Of a stretch of 36,735 bases of DNA, positions 16,671 to 26,170 are shown in pieces. Both the position numbers and the translations under genes were made by a program. The notes beneath the pieces are model-generated. The model saw only the letters and a list, made by a program, of their open reading frames with translations. It did not search any database and was not told the DNA's origin. This DNA is from a virus (Duplodnaviria; Heunggongvirae; Uroviricota; Caudoviricetes). Within the stretch, counting starts at the first letter, position 1. Each line of letters starts with the position of its first letter. Location of the stretch: positions 1 to 36,735 of IMG/VR virus record IMGVR_UViG_3300045988_080861; one strand, written 5' to 3'.

Positions 16671-17162
16671 ATGGATCATGAGTTGAAAAACCTGGTGCTG
16701 AATATTAATCAACTGGCGGCTTTATCTGGTCTGCACCGCCAGACTGTCGTGGCAAGACTGAAAAACATTCGTCCCGCTGGTGGACATGACAAACTCAAGC
16801 TATACCGGTTGACCGATATTCTGACTGAATTTATGGGGTTACCACCGCCGGTTGCTGAGGGCGAAATGGATCCACATGAACGCAAAGCCTGGTATCAGTC
16901 TGAACGTGAGCGTCTTAAGTTCGAACAGGAAACGGCACAACTCATTCCGGCCAGTGATGTCAGACGGGAGTTTGCCATCTGGGCAAAAGCGGTCGTGCAG
17001 GTGCTGGAGACATTACCGGATATTCTGGAACGTGACTGCGGTCTGCAGCCTGCCGCTGTGAGCCGTGTTCAGTCCATTATTGATGATCTGCGCGATCAGA
17101 TAGCCCTGCGGGTGACCGAAGCAGGTGCGGATGATGAGGAGGAATTACAGCAGGAGGAGTAA
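16671..17162 (+). CDS. Terminase small subunit (Nu1-like, N-terminal HTH)
   Basis: N-terminal HTH (LNINQLAALSGLHRQTVVARLKN), acidic C-terminus; GGAGGA Shine-Dalgarno; directly precedes and abuts the large terminase. Confidence 0.75.
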   Translation: MDHELKNLVLNINQLAALSGLHRQTVVARLKNIRPAGGHDKLKLYRLTDILTEFMGLPPPVAEGEMDPHERKAWYQSERERLKFEQETAQLIPASDVRREFAIWAKAVVQVLETLPDILERDCGLQPAAVSRVQSIIDDLRDQIALRVTEAGADDEEELQQEE

Positions 17163-19264
17163 TGCTGAATCAGGAAACCGCAAAGGCAGCACGAACCGAT
17201 TCAGGTTATATCCTTCGCGCACCGAGACGAATGCGGGTTGCTGATGCCGTTGCTCAGTATATGCGGGTGCCCATGGGGGCAGGGAACTCAGTCCCGTGGG
17301 ATCCGCTGGTGGCACCGTATGTTATTGAGCCGATGAACTGCCTGGCCTCGCGTGAATACGACGCAGTGATATTTGTTGGCCCGGCACGAACCGGCAAGAC
17401 TATCGGCCTGATTGACGGCTGGGTGATTTACAACGTGATTTGCGATCCTGCTGATATGCTGATCATTCAGATGACGGAGGAAAAAGCCCGCGAACACTCC
17501 AAAAAACGACTCGCCAGAACGTTTCGCGTCAGCCCGGAAGTGGTCAGTCGCCTGAGTCCGAACAAAAATGACAACAACGTTTATGACAGAACATTCCTTG
17601 CTGGTAACTACCTGAAAATCGGCTGGCCGTCAGTCAATATCATGTCCTCATCAGATTATAAATGCGTCGCGCTGACGGATTATGACCGTTTTCCGGAAGA
17701 TATTGATGGCGAGGGGGATGCTTTCTCTCTTGCCTCAAAACGTACCACCACATTTATGTCCAGTGGTATGACGCTGGTGGAGAGTTCCCCCGGCAGGGAT
17801 GTGAAGGATGTGAAATGGCGACGGACTTCACCGCATGAGGCTCCACCAACCACGGGGATCCTGTCGCTCTATAACCGTGGTGATCGCCGTCGCTGGTACT
17901 GGCCCTGTCCACACTGTGGTGAGTATTTTCAGCCCTGCGGCGATGTGGTTGCTGGTTTCCGTGATATTGCCGATCCCGTGCTGGCAAGTGAGGCGGCTTA
18001 TATTCAGTGTCCTTCCTGTTCAGGACGGATTATGCCTGAACAAAAACGTGAGCTGAACGGACGTGGGGTCTGGTTGCGGGATGGTGAATCCATCAATGCG
18101 GATGGCAGTCGTTATGGTGATCCCCGACGCTCACGTATTGCGTCATTCTGGATGGAGGGTCCGGCAGCTGCTTACCAGACACTCTCGCAACTCGTTTACA
18201 AACTGCTTACTGCAGAACAGGAATACGAGACAACCGGAAGTGAAGAAACACTCAAGACGGTTATCAATACCGACTGGGGATTACCTTATCTTCCCCGCGC
18301 CAGCATGGAGCAACGAAAAAGTGAACTGCTTGAGCAGCGGGCAGAGCCAGTTCCTTCCCGCAGTGTGCCGGATGGCGTTAATTTCCTTGTGGCGACAGTG
18401 GATGTGCAGGCGGGACGTCATCGCCGTTTTGTGGTTCAGGTAACGGGCTATGGCAGCCGTGGCGAACGCTGGATTATTGATCGTTACAACATCACGCAGT
18501 CATTGCGCGGTGACAGTGACGGGGAGAGCCAGCGAATTGATCCGGCCAGCTATCCGGAAGACTGGGATGTCCTGCTGACGGATGTTTTTCATAAAAGCTG
18601 GCCGCTGGCCTCCGATCCTTCTCAACAAATGCGACTGATGGCAATGGCGGTGGACTCCGGCGGTGAAGACGGGGTCACTGATAATGCCTATAAATTCTGG
18701 CGTCGTTGCCGTCGTGATGGCCTTGGTAAACGTATTTACCTGTTTAAGGGCGACAGCATCCGGCGCGCAAAACTGATCACCCGTACATTCCCTGATAACA
18801 CCGGACGAACGGGCCGACGGGCGCAGGCCGCAGGTGATGTGCCGCTCTGGCTTCTTCAGACGGATGCACTGAAAGACCGGGTGAATAACGCGTTATGGCG
18901 TGACTCGCCAGGTCCCGGCTATGTGCATTTCCCTGACTGGCTGGGGAGCTGGTTTTACGACGAACTGACGTATGAAGAGCGGAGCAGTGACGGGAAATGG
19001 AGTAAGCCGGGTCGCGGTGCCAACGAAGCTTTTGACCTGATGGTGTATGCCGAGGCTCTGGTCATTCTGCATGGATACGAAAAGATCCGCTGGCCGGATG
19101 CACCGGAGTGGGCGAGCCGGGAAACCTGGCTGGAGTGTGTCCAGGACAGTACCGAACCGTCATCCTCACCGGAACCGGTATCCACGCCTGTTAAAAAACA
19201 AAAACGGAAGAAAACAGTAACTGACGATGTTAACCCCTGGCTGACTTCCGGAGGATGGTTATGA
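17162..19264 (+). CDS. Terminase large subunit (lambda GpA family)
   Basis: 700 aa; Walker A-like VGPARTGKT, zinc-motif CPHCGE, overall GpA-like architecture. Confidence 0.9.
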   Translation: MLNQETAKAARTDSGYILRAPRRMRVADAVAQYMRVPMGAGNSVPWDPLVAPYVIEPMNCLASREYDAVIFVGPARTGKTIGLIDGWVIYNVICDPADMLIIQMTEEKAREHSKKRLARTFRVSPEVVSRLSPNKNDNNVYDRTFLAGNYLKIGWPSVNIMSSSDYKCVALTDYDRFPEDIDGEGDAFSLASKRTTTFMSSGMTLVESSPGRDVKDVKWRRTSPHEAPPTTGILSLYNRGDRRRWYWPCPHCGEYFQPCGDVVAGFRDIADPVLASEAAYIQCPSCSGRIMPEQKRELNGRGVWLRDGESINADGSRYGDPRRSRIASFWMEGPAAAYQTLSQLVYKLLTAEQEYETTGSEETLKTVINTDWGLPYLPRASMEQRKSELLEQRAEPVPSRSVPDGVNFLVATVDVQAGRHRRFVVQVTGYGSRGERWIIDRYNITQSLRGDSDGESQRIDPASYPEDWDVLLTDVFHKSWPLASDPSQQMRLMAMAVDSGGEDGVTDNAYKFWRRCRRDGLGKRIYLFKGDSIRRAKLITRTFPDNTGRTGRRAQAAGDVPLWLLQTDALKDRVNNALWRDSPGPGYVHFPDWLGSWFYDELTYEERSSDGKWSKPGRGANEAFDLMVYAEALVILHGYEKIRWPDAPEWASRETWLECVQDSTEPSSSPEPVSTPVKKQKRKKTVTDDVNPWLTSGGWL

Positions 19265-19473
19265 ACCAGAATGATATCGAAGCCATGATTCAGCGTTATA
19301 TGGAAGCTGAAATGGCGGTGCTGGACGGAAAATCCGTCACCTTTAATGGTCAGCAGATGACCATGGAAAACTTATCTGAGATCCGGCAGGGACGGCAGGA
19401 GTGGGAGCGCCGCCTTGCGGCTCTGATTACACGACGACGGGGGCATCCCGGGTACCGGCTGGCGAGGTTCTGA
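19261..19473 (+). CDS. Head-tail joining protein, gpW-like
   Basis: About 70 aa between terminase and portal; C-terminus ITRRRGHPGYRLARF resembles the lambda W C-terminus; start overlaps the terminase stop (ATGA). Confidence 0.6.
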   Translation: MNQNDIEAMIQRYMEAEMAVLDGKSVTFNGQQMTMENLSEIRQGRQEWERRLAALITRRRGHPGYRLARF

Positions 19474-20981
19474 TGGCAATTCTTGATGATGTGATTGGCG
19501 TTTTTTCACCTGGATGGAAAGCGGCAAGGCTGCGTTCCCGTGCGGTGATCCAGGCTTATGAAGCCGTAAAAACGACGCGGACACACAAAGCCCGACGGGA
19601 GAACCGAACTGCCGACCAGCTAAGCCAGTACGGGGCCGTGTCGTTACGTGAGCAGGCCCGTTACCTTGATAACAACCACGATCTGGTTATTGGTGTATTT
19701 GACAAGCTGGAAGAACGGGTGGTGGGGAAAAACGGGATTATTGTCGAGCCACATCCGGTATTACGCAATGGGGCCATTGCCCGTGATCTGGCAGCGGAGA
19801 TTCGCACCCGATGGAGTGAATGGTCTGTCAGCCCGGAAGTCACCGGGCAGTTTACCCGTCCGATGCTGGAACGTCTGATGCTGCGTACCTGGCTGCGCGA
19901 TGGTGAGGTGTTTGCCCAGATGGTTTCCGGGCGCATAAACAGCCTGACGCCTTCTGCCGGTGTTCATTTCTGGCTGGAGGCGCTCGAGCCGGACTTTATT
20001 CCCATGACCAGTGATGAGAGCAACAGGCTGAATCAGGGCGTGTTTGTTGATGACTGGGGGCGTCCCGAAAAATATCTGGTGTATAAAAGCCGTCCCGTAT
20101 CCGGACGGCAGATGGAAACCAAAGAAGTGGATGCAGAGCGAATGCTGCATCTTAAATTTGTTCGCCGTCTGCACCAGATACGCGGGACGTCTTTGTTGTC
20201 CGGTGTGCTGATCCGCCTCAGTGCCCTGAAAGATTATGAAGATTATGAGCTGACTGCAGCAAGGATCGCCGCTGCTCTGGGGATGTACATCCGCAAAGGC
20301 GACGGGCAGAGCTATGAACCGGATGGTAATGGCAGCAAGGATAAGGAACGCGAGCTTACCATTCAGCCAGGCATTATTTACGACGATCTGAAACCCGGCG
20401 AAGAAATCGGAATGGTGAAGTCGGATCGCCCCAATCCTAACCTTGAAACTTTTCGTAATGGTCAGTTGCGTGCCGTGGCGGCGGGCAGTCGTCTGAGTTT
20501 TTCCAGTACAGCGCGCAACTATAACGGCACTTACAGCGCCCAGCGCCAGGAGCTGGTTGAATCTACTGATGGCTACCTGATCCTGCAGGACTGGTTTATT
20601 GGTGCCGTCACCCGCCCGATGTATCGTGCCTGGCTGAAACAGGCTGTGGCATCCGGTGTTATCAGGCTACCCCGCGATCTTGACCGTTCTTCACTGTATA
20701 CCGCGGTGTATTCCGGACCAGTGATGCCGTGGATTGACCCTGTTAAGGAGGCTGAGGCCTGGAAAATCCAGATTCGTGGTGGAGCGGCGACAGAATCAGA
20801 CTGGGTACGTGCTGGTGGTCGTAATCCGGATGATGTCAAACGTCGGCGCAAGGCCGAAATTGATGAAAACCGCAAGCTGGATCTGGTATTTGATACCGAT
20901 CCGGCCAGTGATAAAGGAGGCAGCAGTGCCGCAACGAAACGACAGGAGCCGCAGCACACCGACGACCAGTCCGAAGAATAA
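19473..20981 (+). CDS. Portal protein (lambda B family)
   Basis: About 500 aa following W; start at MAILDDV overlapping the W stop (TGATG); position and size typical of a lambda-family portal. Confidence 0.85.
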   Translation: MAILDDVIGVFSPGWKAARLRSRAVIQAYEAVKTTRTHKARRENRTADQLSQYGAVSLREQARYLDNNHDLVIGVFDKLEERVVGKNGIIVEPHPVLRNGAIARDLAAEIRTRWSEWSVSPEVTGQFTRPMLERLMLRTWLRDGEVFAQMVSGRINSLTPSAGVHFWLEALEPDFIPMTSDESNRLNQGVFVDDWGRPEKYLVYKSRPVSGRQMETKEVDAERMLHLKFVRRLHQIRGTSLLSGVLIRLSALKDYEDYELTAARIAAALGMYIRKGDGQSYEPDGNGSKDKERELTIQPGIIYDDLKPGEEIGMVKSDRPNPNLETFRNGQLRAVAAGSRLSFSSTARNYNGTYSAQRQELVESTDGYLILQDWFIGAVTRPMYRAWLKQAVASGVIRLPRDLDRSSLYTAVYSGPVMPWIDPVKEAEAWKIQIRGGAATESDWVRAGGRNPDDVKRRRKAEIDENRKLDLVFDTDPASDKGGSSAATKRQEPQHTDDQSEE

Positions 20982-20994
20982 TTCCTGGTTCAGG

Positions 20995-22953
20995 ATGCAG
21001 GCTGGTCACCAGAGTGACGCGGATATTTATATTTATGACGAGATTGGTTTCTGGGGTGTTACAGCGAAGCAGTTTATCAGTGATCTGAATGCACTGGGCG
21101 ATATCACCCACATTAATCTCCATATCAATTCACCGGGTGGCGATGTCTTTGAAGGCATCGCCATTTTTAATGCGCTGAAAACACATGGTGCGTCCATTAC
21201 CGTTTATGTCGACGGTGTGGCGGCGTCAATGGCGTCGGTCATTGCGATGGTGGGAAACCCGGTCATTATGCCGGAAAACACCTTCATGATGATTCATAAA
21301 CCATTTGGCTTTACGGGCGGTGATGCGGAGGACATGCGCACCTATGCCGACCTGCTCGATAATGTTGAGGCGGTTCTGTTACCCGCTTATGCACAGAAAA
21401 CCGGGAAAACCACCGATGAAATTGCTGCCATGCTGGCGGATGAGACCTGGATGTCCGGTGCCGAATGTCTGGCACATGGATTTGCTGATCAGGTGACGCC
21501 AGCCGTTAAGGCAATGGCATGTATTCAGTCAAAACGTACAGAGGAATTTAAAAAGATGCCGGAATCCATTCGAAACATGATTACTCCGCCACGCAACAGT
21601 GCTCCACGCGTACAGGATGATGAACCTGCAGCCTCCCGGACGCCAGTGCAGGCAGCAGCACCCGTGGTGGATGAAAACAGTATCCGTGCGCAGGTACTGG
21701 CAGAGCAAAAAGCGCGTGTAAACGGTATTAATGATCTGTTTGCCATGTTTGGCGGGCGTTATCAGACGCTGCAGGCTCAGTGTCTTGCCGATCCTGAATG
21801 TTCGCTGGAGCAGGCCCGCGAAAAGCTGTTGAACGAGATGGGGCGCGAGTCCACGCCATCCAATAAAAATACACCGGCTCATATTTATGCCGGTAACGGT
21901 AATTTTGTGGGGGACGGGATCCGCCAGGCGCTGATGGCGCGTGCCGGATTTGAAAAAACCGAACGTGATAATGTCTACAACGGGATGACCCTGCGTGAAT
22001 ATGCCCGTATGTCACTGACTGAACGGGGTATTGGGGTTTCCAGTTATAACCCGATGCAGATGGTCGGTGCGGCGTTCACACACAGTACGTCTGACTTCGG
22101 TAATATTCTGCTGGATGTTGCGAACAAAGCCATTCTGCAGGGCTGGGAAGATGCTCCTGAAACCTATGAACAGTGGACGCGGAAAGGTCAGTTGTCTGAT
22201 TTTAAAATTGCCCATCGTGTGGGTATGGGGGGCTTCAGTGCTCTGCGTCAGGTGCGTGAAGGGGCGGAATATAAATACGTCACCACCGGAGATAAACAGG
22301 CCACTATTGCACTGGCGACCTATGGCGAGCTGTTCAGTATCACCCGTCAGGCCATTATCAATGATGATCTGAATATGCTGACCGATGTCCCGATGAAACT
22401 GGGCCGTGCGGCGAAATCCACTATTGCCGATCTGGTTTATGCCATTCTGACGTCTAACCCGAAAATCTCCACAGATAATGTAAGTCTGTTCGATAAAGCG
22501 AAACATGCAAACGTACTGGAGAGCGCTGCAATGGACGTGGCATCGCTGGATAAAGCCCGCCAGTTGATGCGCGTTCAGAAAGAGGGGGAGCGTCATCTGA
22601 ATATTCGTCCTGCGTTCGTACTGGTACCGACGGCGATGGAGTCTGTTGCTAACCAGGTCATTCGCTCCTCAAGTGTCAAGGGGGCTGACATTAACGCCGG
22701 TATTATTAACCCGGTGAAAGATTTTGCGACCGTTATTGCAGAGCCTCGTCTTGATGATAACAGCCAGACCACCTTCTACCTGGCTGCGTCAAAAGGCTCC
22801 GATACGATTGAAGTGGCTTATCTCAACGGTGTGGATACGCCATATATTGATCAGATGGAGGGCTTCAGTGTGGATGGCGTGACAACGAAAGTGCGTATTG
22901 ACGCCGGTGTCGCGCCAGTTGATCACCGCGGTCTGGTGAAATGTACGGCGTAA
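20995..22953 (+). CDS. Fused prohead protease (ClpP/S49-like) - scaffold - major capsid protein
   Basis: N-terminal ClpP-like region (INSPGGDVFEGIAIFNALKTHGASITVYVDGVAASMASVIAMVG...MIHKP), central Ala/Gln-rich linker, C-terminal capsid-like domain in one ORF. Start set at first ATG after the portal stop; exact start uncertain. Confidence 0.8.
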   Translation: MQAGHQSDADIYIYDEIGFWGVTAKQFISDLNALGDITHINLHINSPGGDVFEGIAIFNALKTHGASITVYVDGVAASMASVIAMVGNPVIMPENTFMMIHKPFGFTGGDAEDMRTYADLLDNVEAVLLPAYAQKTGKTTDEIAAMLADETWMSGAECLAHGFADQVTPAVKAMACIQSKRTEEFKKMPESIRNMITPPRNSAPRVQDDEPAASRTPVQAAAPVVDENSIRAQVLAEQKARVNGINDLFAMFGGRYQTLQAQCLADPECSLEQAREKLLNEMGRESTPSNKNTPAHIYAGNGNFVGDGIRQALMARAGFEKTERDNVYNGMTLREYARMSLTERGIGVSSYNPMQMVGAAFTHSTSDFGNILLDVANKAILQGWEDAPETYEQWTRKGQLSDFKIAHRVGMGGFSALRQVREGAEYKYVTTGDKQATIALATYGELFSITRQAIINDDLNMLTDVPMKLGRAAKSTIADLVYAILTSNPKISTDNVSLFDKAKHANVLESAAMDVASLDKARQLMRVQKEGERHLNIRPAFVLVPTAMESVANQVIRSSSVKGADINAGIINPVKDFATVIAEPRLDDNSQTTFYLAASKGSDTIEVAYLNGVDTPYIDQMEGFSVDGVTTKVRIDAGVAPVDHRGLVKCTA

Positions 22954-22977
22954 ACGTCGCAGACAACAACTCTGATG

Positions 22978-23026
22978 GCCCGTAAGGGCTTTTTTTGTAC
23001 CTGAAATCAGCCCCTGAACGGGGCTG
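22978..23026 (+). terminator. Hairpins after the capsid gene (putative terminator/attenuator)
   Basis: gccc-gtaa-gggc plus TTTTTTT (22978-22997) and cagcccc-tgaac-ggggctg (23008-23026). Confidence 0.45.
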
Positions 23027-23039
23027 TGCGGAGACAGTT

Positions 23040-23363
23040 ATGGCAAAGAATTTTGTAGAAGAAGGAAAAACGGTGGCGATTGTTGCCAGTGCAGCCATCA
23101 GCAGCGGAGATCTGGTGCAGGTGGGTGATGTTTTTGCGGTGGCGCTGACCGATATTCCACAGGGTGAAACAGGCGACGGCATGACCGAAGGTGTGTTTAT
23201 GCTGCCTAAGCTGAAAACGGATGATATGAAAACGGGTAAGAAGGTTTATCTGAAGTCCGGAAAAGTTCAGCTGACTAACAGCGGCTCTGATCCGCTGGTC
23301 GGGGTTGTCTGGGCAGATGCCGGAACCAGTGCAGAAGAAGTGCCGGTAAAACTCAATGTCTGA
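23040..23363 (+). CDS. Hypothetical head-module protein (107 aa)
   Basis: GGAGACAG Shine-Dalgarno before ATG 23040; sits between the capsid gene and an FII-like gene; Gly/Val-rich, possibly a decoration or head-completion protein. Confidence 0.5.
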   Translation: MAKNFVEEGKTVAIVASAAISSGDLVQVGDVFAVALTDIPQGETGDGMTEGVFMLPKLKTDDMKTGKKVYLKSGKVQLTNSGSDPLVGVVWADAGTSAEEVPVKLNV

Positions 23364-23631
23364 TCCCTTTTCCCGGCTGGCAGCGCGTATGGATGCGATC
23401 ACGGTCAGAAAGATGGGAAAGACAGCCTCGATTAATGATGTCGATATGACTGTGATCCCGGGAGAAACACTGGCAGAGCTGAATGCTCTGTCCGGACCTG
23501 CGGTCTCTCTGGTGGTGTTTTCTTCGGGATACCGCCCACGGCGCGGGGATCGCGTTGTTTATGACGGACAACAATGGACGGTCACACGGCATGAACGCTT
23601 TAACGGTAAACCAATGATCTTTATTGAGTAA
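23356..23631 (+). CDS. Head-tail joining protein, FII-like
   Basis: FSRLAARMDAITVRKMGKTASI...RRGDRVVYDGQQWTV is similar in pattern to lambda FII as recalled; position before Z. Confidence 0.55.
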   Translation: MSDPFSRLAARMDAITVRKMGKTASINDVDMTVIPGETLAELNALSGPAVSLVVFSSGYRPRRGDRVVYDGQQWTVTRHERFNGKPMIFIE

Positions 23632-23642
23632 AGAGGTGTGGG

Positions 23643-24233
23643 ATGAAGGGGCTTGAGAATGCCATCCGCAATCTGAACAGCCTTGATACCCGTATGGTGC
23701 CACAGGCCAGCGCATGGGCGATAAACCGTGTGGCACAGAAAGCGGTCTCGGTTGCCACCCGGCAGGTTGCCGGGAATACCGTTGCGGGAGATAACCAAGT
23801 GAAAGGGATCCCCCTGAAACTGGTACGTCAGCGTGTCCGGGTGTTTAAAGCCAGTCCGTCAGGAAAAATGACGGCCAGGATCCGCGTTAACCGGGGCAAT
23901 CTGCCCGCCATCAAACTGAACACAACACGGCGGCGTGCTGGTGAAGGACTGAGAGTGGGAAAATACTTTTTCCGGGGGGCATTTGTTCAGCAACTGGCGA
24001 ATGGCCGCTGGCATGTTCTGAGGCGTCTTCCTGAAGCGCGTTTTGCAACAGGGCATGACCATCAGGGCAGGCCAAGAAAAAATCGTCTTCCTGTGGAGGT
24101 AGTGAAAATCCCGCTGTCCGGACCGCTGACACAGGCATTTGAAGATGCCCGCGACCGCATCATTGCTGCGGAAATGCCGAAACAGCTGGGGTATGCACTG
24201 AAACAACAACTGAGATTATGGCTGACCCGATGA
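23643..24233 (+). CDS. Z: Tail protein Z
   Basis: MKGLENAIRNLNS...RGAFVQQLANGRWHVLRRL...VVKIPLSGPLTQAFEDARDRIIAAEMPKQLGYALKQQLRLWLTR closely matches lambda gpZ as recalled. Confidence 0.8.
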   Translation: MKGLENAIRNLNSLDTRMVPQASAWAINRVAQKAVSVATRQVAGNTVAGDNQVKGIPLKLVRQRVRVFKASPSGKMTARIRVNRGNLPAIKLNTTRRRAGEGLRVGKYFFRGAFVQQLANGRWHVLRRLPEARFATGHDHQGRPRKNRLPVEVVKIPLSGPLTQAFEDARDRIIAAEMPKQLGYALKQQLRLWLTR

Positions 24234-24631
24234 ACCGACATACACAAATCCGCCAGGTCGTACTGGCACGCCTTCGGGAACAGTGTGGAGACAGCGCCAC
24301 GTTTTTTGACGGGCTTCCGGCATTTATTGATGCGCAGGAACTGCCTGCCGTGGCGGTGTGGCTGAGTGATGCTCAGTACACCGGAAAAATGACGGATGAA
24401 GATGACTGGCAGGCTGTTCTGCATATTGCTGTCTTCATCCGGGCACAGGCACCGGATTCAGAGCTGGATATGTGGATGGAGAGCACCATTTTCCCGGCCC
24501 TGAATGATGTACCGGCACTTTCCGGACTCATCGACACCCTGATCCCACTCGGTTTTAACTATCAACGTGATAATGAGATGGCCACCTGGGCGATGGCGGA
24601 AATCACGTACCAGATCACGTACACGAATTAA
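24230..24631 (+). CDS. U: Tail terminator protein U
   Basis: ATFFDGLPAFIDAQELPAVAVWLSDAQYTGKMTDEDDWQAVLHIAVFIRAQAPDSELDMWMES matches lambda gpU as recalled; start at MNRHTQ overlapping the Z stop (ATGA), alternative ATG at 24218. Confidence 0.8.
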   Translation: MNRHTQIRQVVLARLREQCGDSATFFDGLPAFIDAQELPAVAVWLSDAQYTGKMTDEDDWQAVLHIAVFIRAQAPDSELDMWMESTIFPALNDVPALSGLIDTLIPLGFNYQRDNEMATWAMAEITYQITYTN

Positions 24632-24641
24632 GGAGGTGGCA

Positions 24642-25385
24642 ATGACCACACCAAATCCACTGGCAAAGACGAAAGGTGCGGGGACGACGTTCTGGATGTA
24701 TACCGGCAACGGCGACGCATTTGCGAACCCTTTGTCGGACACTGACTGGCTGCGTCTTGCGATGGTGAAGGATCTGCAACCTGGCGAAATGACCGCTGAT
24801 GCAGAAGATGATACTTATCTCGATGATGAAGATGCAGACTGGAAAACGACAACCCAGGGGCAGAAATCAGTCGGTGATACTTCGGCGACGCTGGCCTGGC
24901 GTCCGGGTGACAGCGGGCAGAAAAAACTGGTTCAGTTGTTCGACTCCGGTGAAGTCTGCGCGTTTCGTATCAAATATCCCAACGGTACTGTTGATGTTTT
25001 CCGTGGCTGGCTGAGTTCACTGGGTAAAACCATTGCCTCAAAAGACGTGATGACCCGCACTGTGAAAATCAGCGGTGTGGGGCGTCCGTATCTGGCAGAG
25101 GAAGGCACTGAAACAGTGAGCGTTACCGGGCTGACGGTGGCACCGGCATCTGCCAGTGTAAAAGTGGGAGCAACCACCACGCTGACCTTTACAGTAAAAC
25201 CTGACGGAGCCAGTGACAAAGCGATCAGTGTGCATTCGTCAGATCCACAGACTGCCACGGTGACCCTGAACGGGCTTGTAGCCACGGTGAAAGGCGTGAA
25301 GCAGGGCAGTGTCAGCATTGTGGGCATGACCGCTGACGGGAATTTTGTGGCTGTGGCTGCGGTGACTGTCAGCGCCGCAGGTTAA
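24642..25385 (+). CDS. V: Major tail protein V with C-terminal Ig-like domain
   Basis: AAGGAGG Shine-Dalgarno before ATG 24642; C-terminal Thr/Val-rich beta-rich region (VSVTGLTVAPASASVKVGATTTLTFTVKPDGASDKAISV) typical of an Ig-like domain. Confidence 0.85.
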   Translation: MTTPNPLAKTKGAGTTFWMYTGNGDAFANPLSDTDWLRLAMVKDLQPGEMTADAEDDTYLDDEDADWKTTTQGQKSVGDTSATLAWRPGDSGQKKLVQLFDSGEVCAFRIKYPNGTVDVFRGWLSSLGKTIASKDVMTRTVKISGVGRPYLAEEGTETVSVTGLTVAPASASVKVGATTTLTFTVKPDGASDKAISVHSSDPQTATVTLNGLVATVKGVKQGSVSIVGMTADGNFVAVAAVTVSAAG

Positions 25386-25405
25386 CAGGACGATACTTAT
25401 CATTT

Positions 25406-25429
25406 GCCCCGGTTATCCGGGGCTTTTTT
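25406..25429 (+). terminator. Hairpin plus T-run between V and G
   Basis: gccccgg-ttat-ccggggc followed by TTTTTT. Confidence 0.5.
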
Positions 25430-25442
25430 GCAGGTGGAGAAC

Positions 25443-25832
25443 ATGATGTTTCTGAAACAGGGCACGTTTAATTATGAAAAACAGTCCGTGGTGCTCAGTG
25501 AGCTGTCCGGGCTGCAGAGAATTGAATATCTGGCGTTTGTTCAGCAGCGAACGGCAAAGTTTGATGCCGGTGAGGGAGAACTGCCGGAGGCTGAACGACA
25601 GATTGCTTTTCTGCGGATGGGGATGGATATCAATGCCTGGCTGGTTTCCCGCTCACTGTGGAATGCGGATCAGTCTAAGGATGTAGAGACGCTTTGCGCA
25701 TCCGTTATTACAACATGGTCGTATGATGCCCTGGGTGCGGGGGCGGAGATGGTTCTGTCGCTGAGCGGTATGGGGGCCATTGATAATGCCGGGGATGATG
25801 AGCATGAGGCGCTGACGCCGGAAAAGTCATGA
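25443..25832 (+). CDS. G: Tail assembly chaperone G
   Basis: MMFLKQGTFNYEKQSVVLSELSGLQRIEYLAF... resembles lambda gpG (MFLK...TLSELSALQRIEHLA); GGTGGAGA Shine-Dalgarno. Confidence 0.8.
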   Translation: MMFLKQGTFNYEKQSVVLSELSGLQRIEYLAFVQQRTAKFDAGEGELPEAERQIAFLRMGMDINAWLVSRSLWNADQSKDVETLCASVITTWSYDALGAGAEMVLSLSGMGAIDNAGDDEHEALTPEKS

Positions 25833-26170
25833 CGCGGGAAATGCAGTTTGTCATGCGGCTTGCCCGGGAGTTCCGGCGGGCAGACTGGCGGCGGATGCTG
25901 TCGGAAATGTCGGCCACTGAGCTTGGTGAGTGGGGCGATTATTTCCGGATGCAGAGCTTCAGTGATGTGTGGATGGATGCGCAGTTTGCCTCGCTGAAGG
26001 CATTGATCGTGAGAATGGTGTCCGGCAGCAGTGATGCTGCGGTGGCTGATTTCAGCCTTTTACCGGAAGAGAACGGGATACCGGAGCGAACGGACGAAGA
26101 ACTGATGCATCTTGGGGAAGGTATTTCCGGAGGTGTGCGTTATGGACCAGATAGCCAACCTGGTCATTGA
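25808..26170 (+). CDS. T: Tail assembly protein T segment, expected as G-T fusion via programmed -1 frameshift
   Basis: The -1 frame relative to G is open from 25808 (a TGA at 25805-25807 closes it upstream) and continues to 26170, overlapping the last codons of G. Only A-rich candidate slip site is G GAA AAG at 25820-25826. Confidence 0.6.
   Translation, partial: GADAGKVMTREMQFVMRLAREFRRADWRRMLSEMSATELGEWGDYFRMQSFSDVWMDAQFASLKALIVRMVSGSSDAAVADFSLLPEENGIPERTDEELMHLGEGISGGVRYGPDSQPGH

Noticed and set aside
16091..16681. 196-aa plus-strand ORF (and overlapping 124-aa ORF 16054-16428) upstream of terminase
   Set aside because: Its 3' third runs through AT-rich, inverted-repeat-rich sequence up to the terminase start, the translation is low-complexity, and there is no convincing Shine-Dalgarno; treated as non-coding, though a decayed gene is possible.
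20734..20994. Upstream in-frame extension of the capsid ORF (739-aa version)
   Set aside because: This part overlaps the 3' end of the portal gene in another frame and encodes Arg/Pro-rich low-complexity sequence; the first ATG after the portal stop was used instead.
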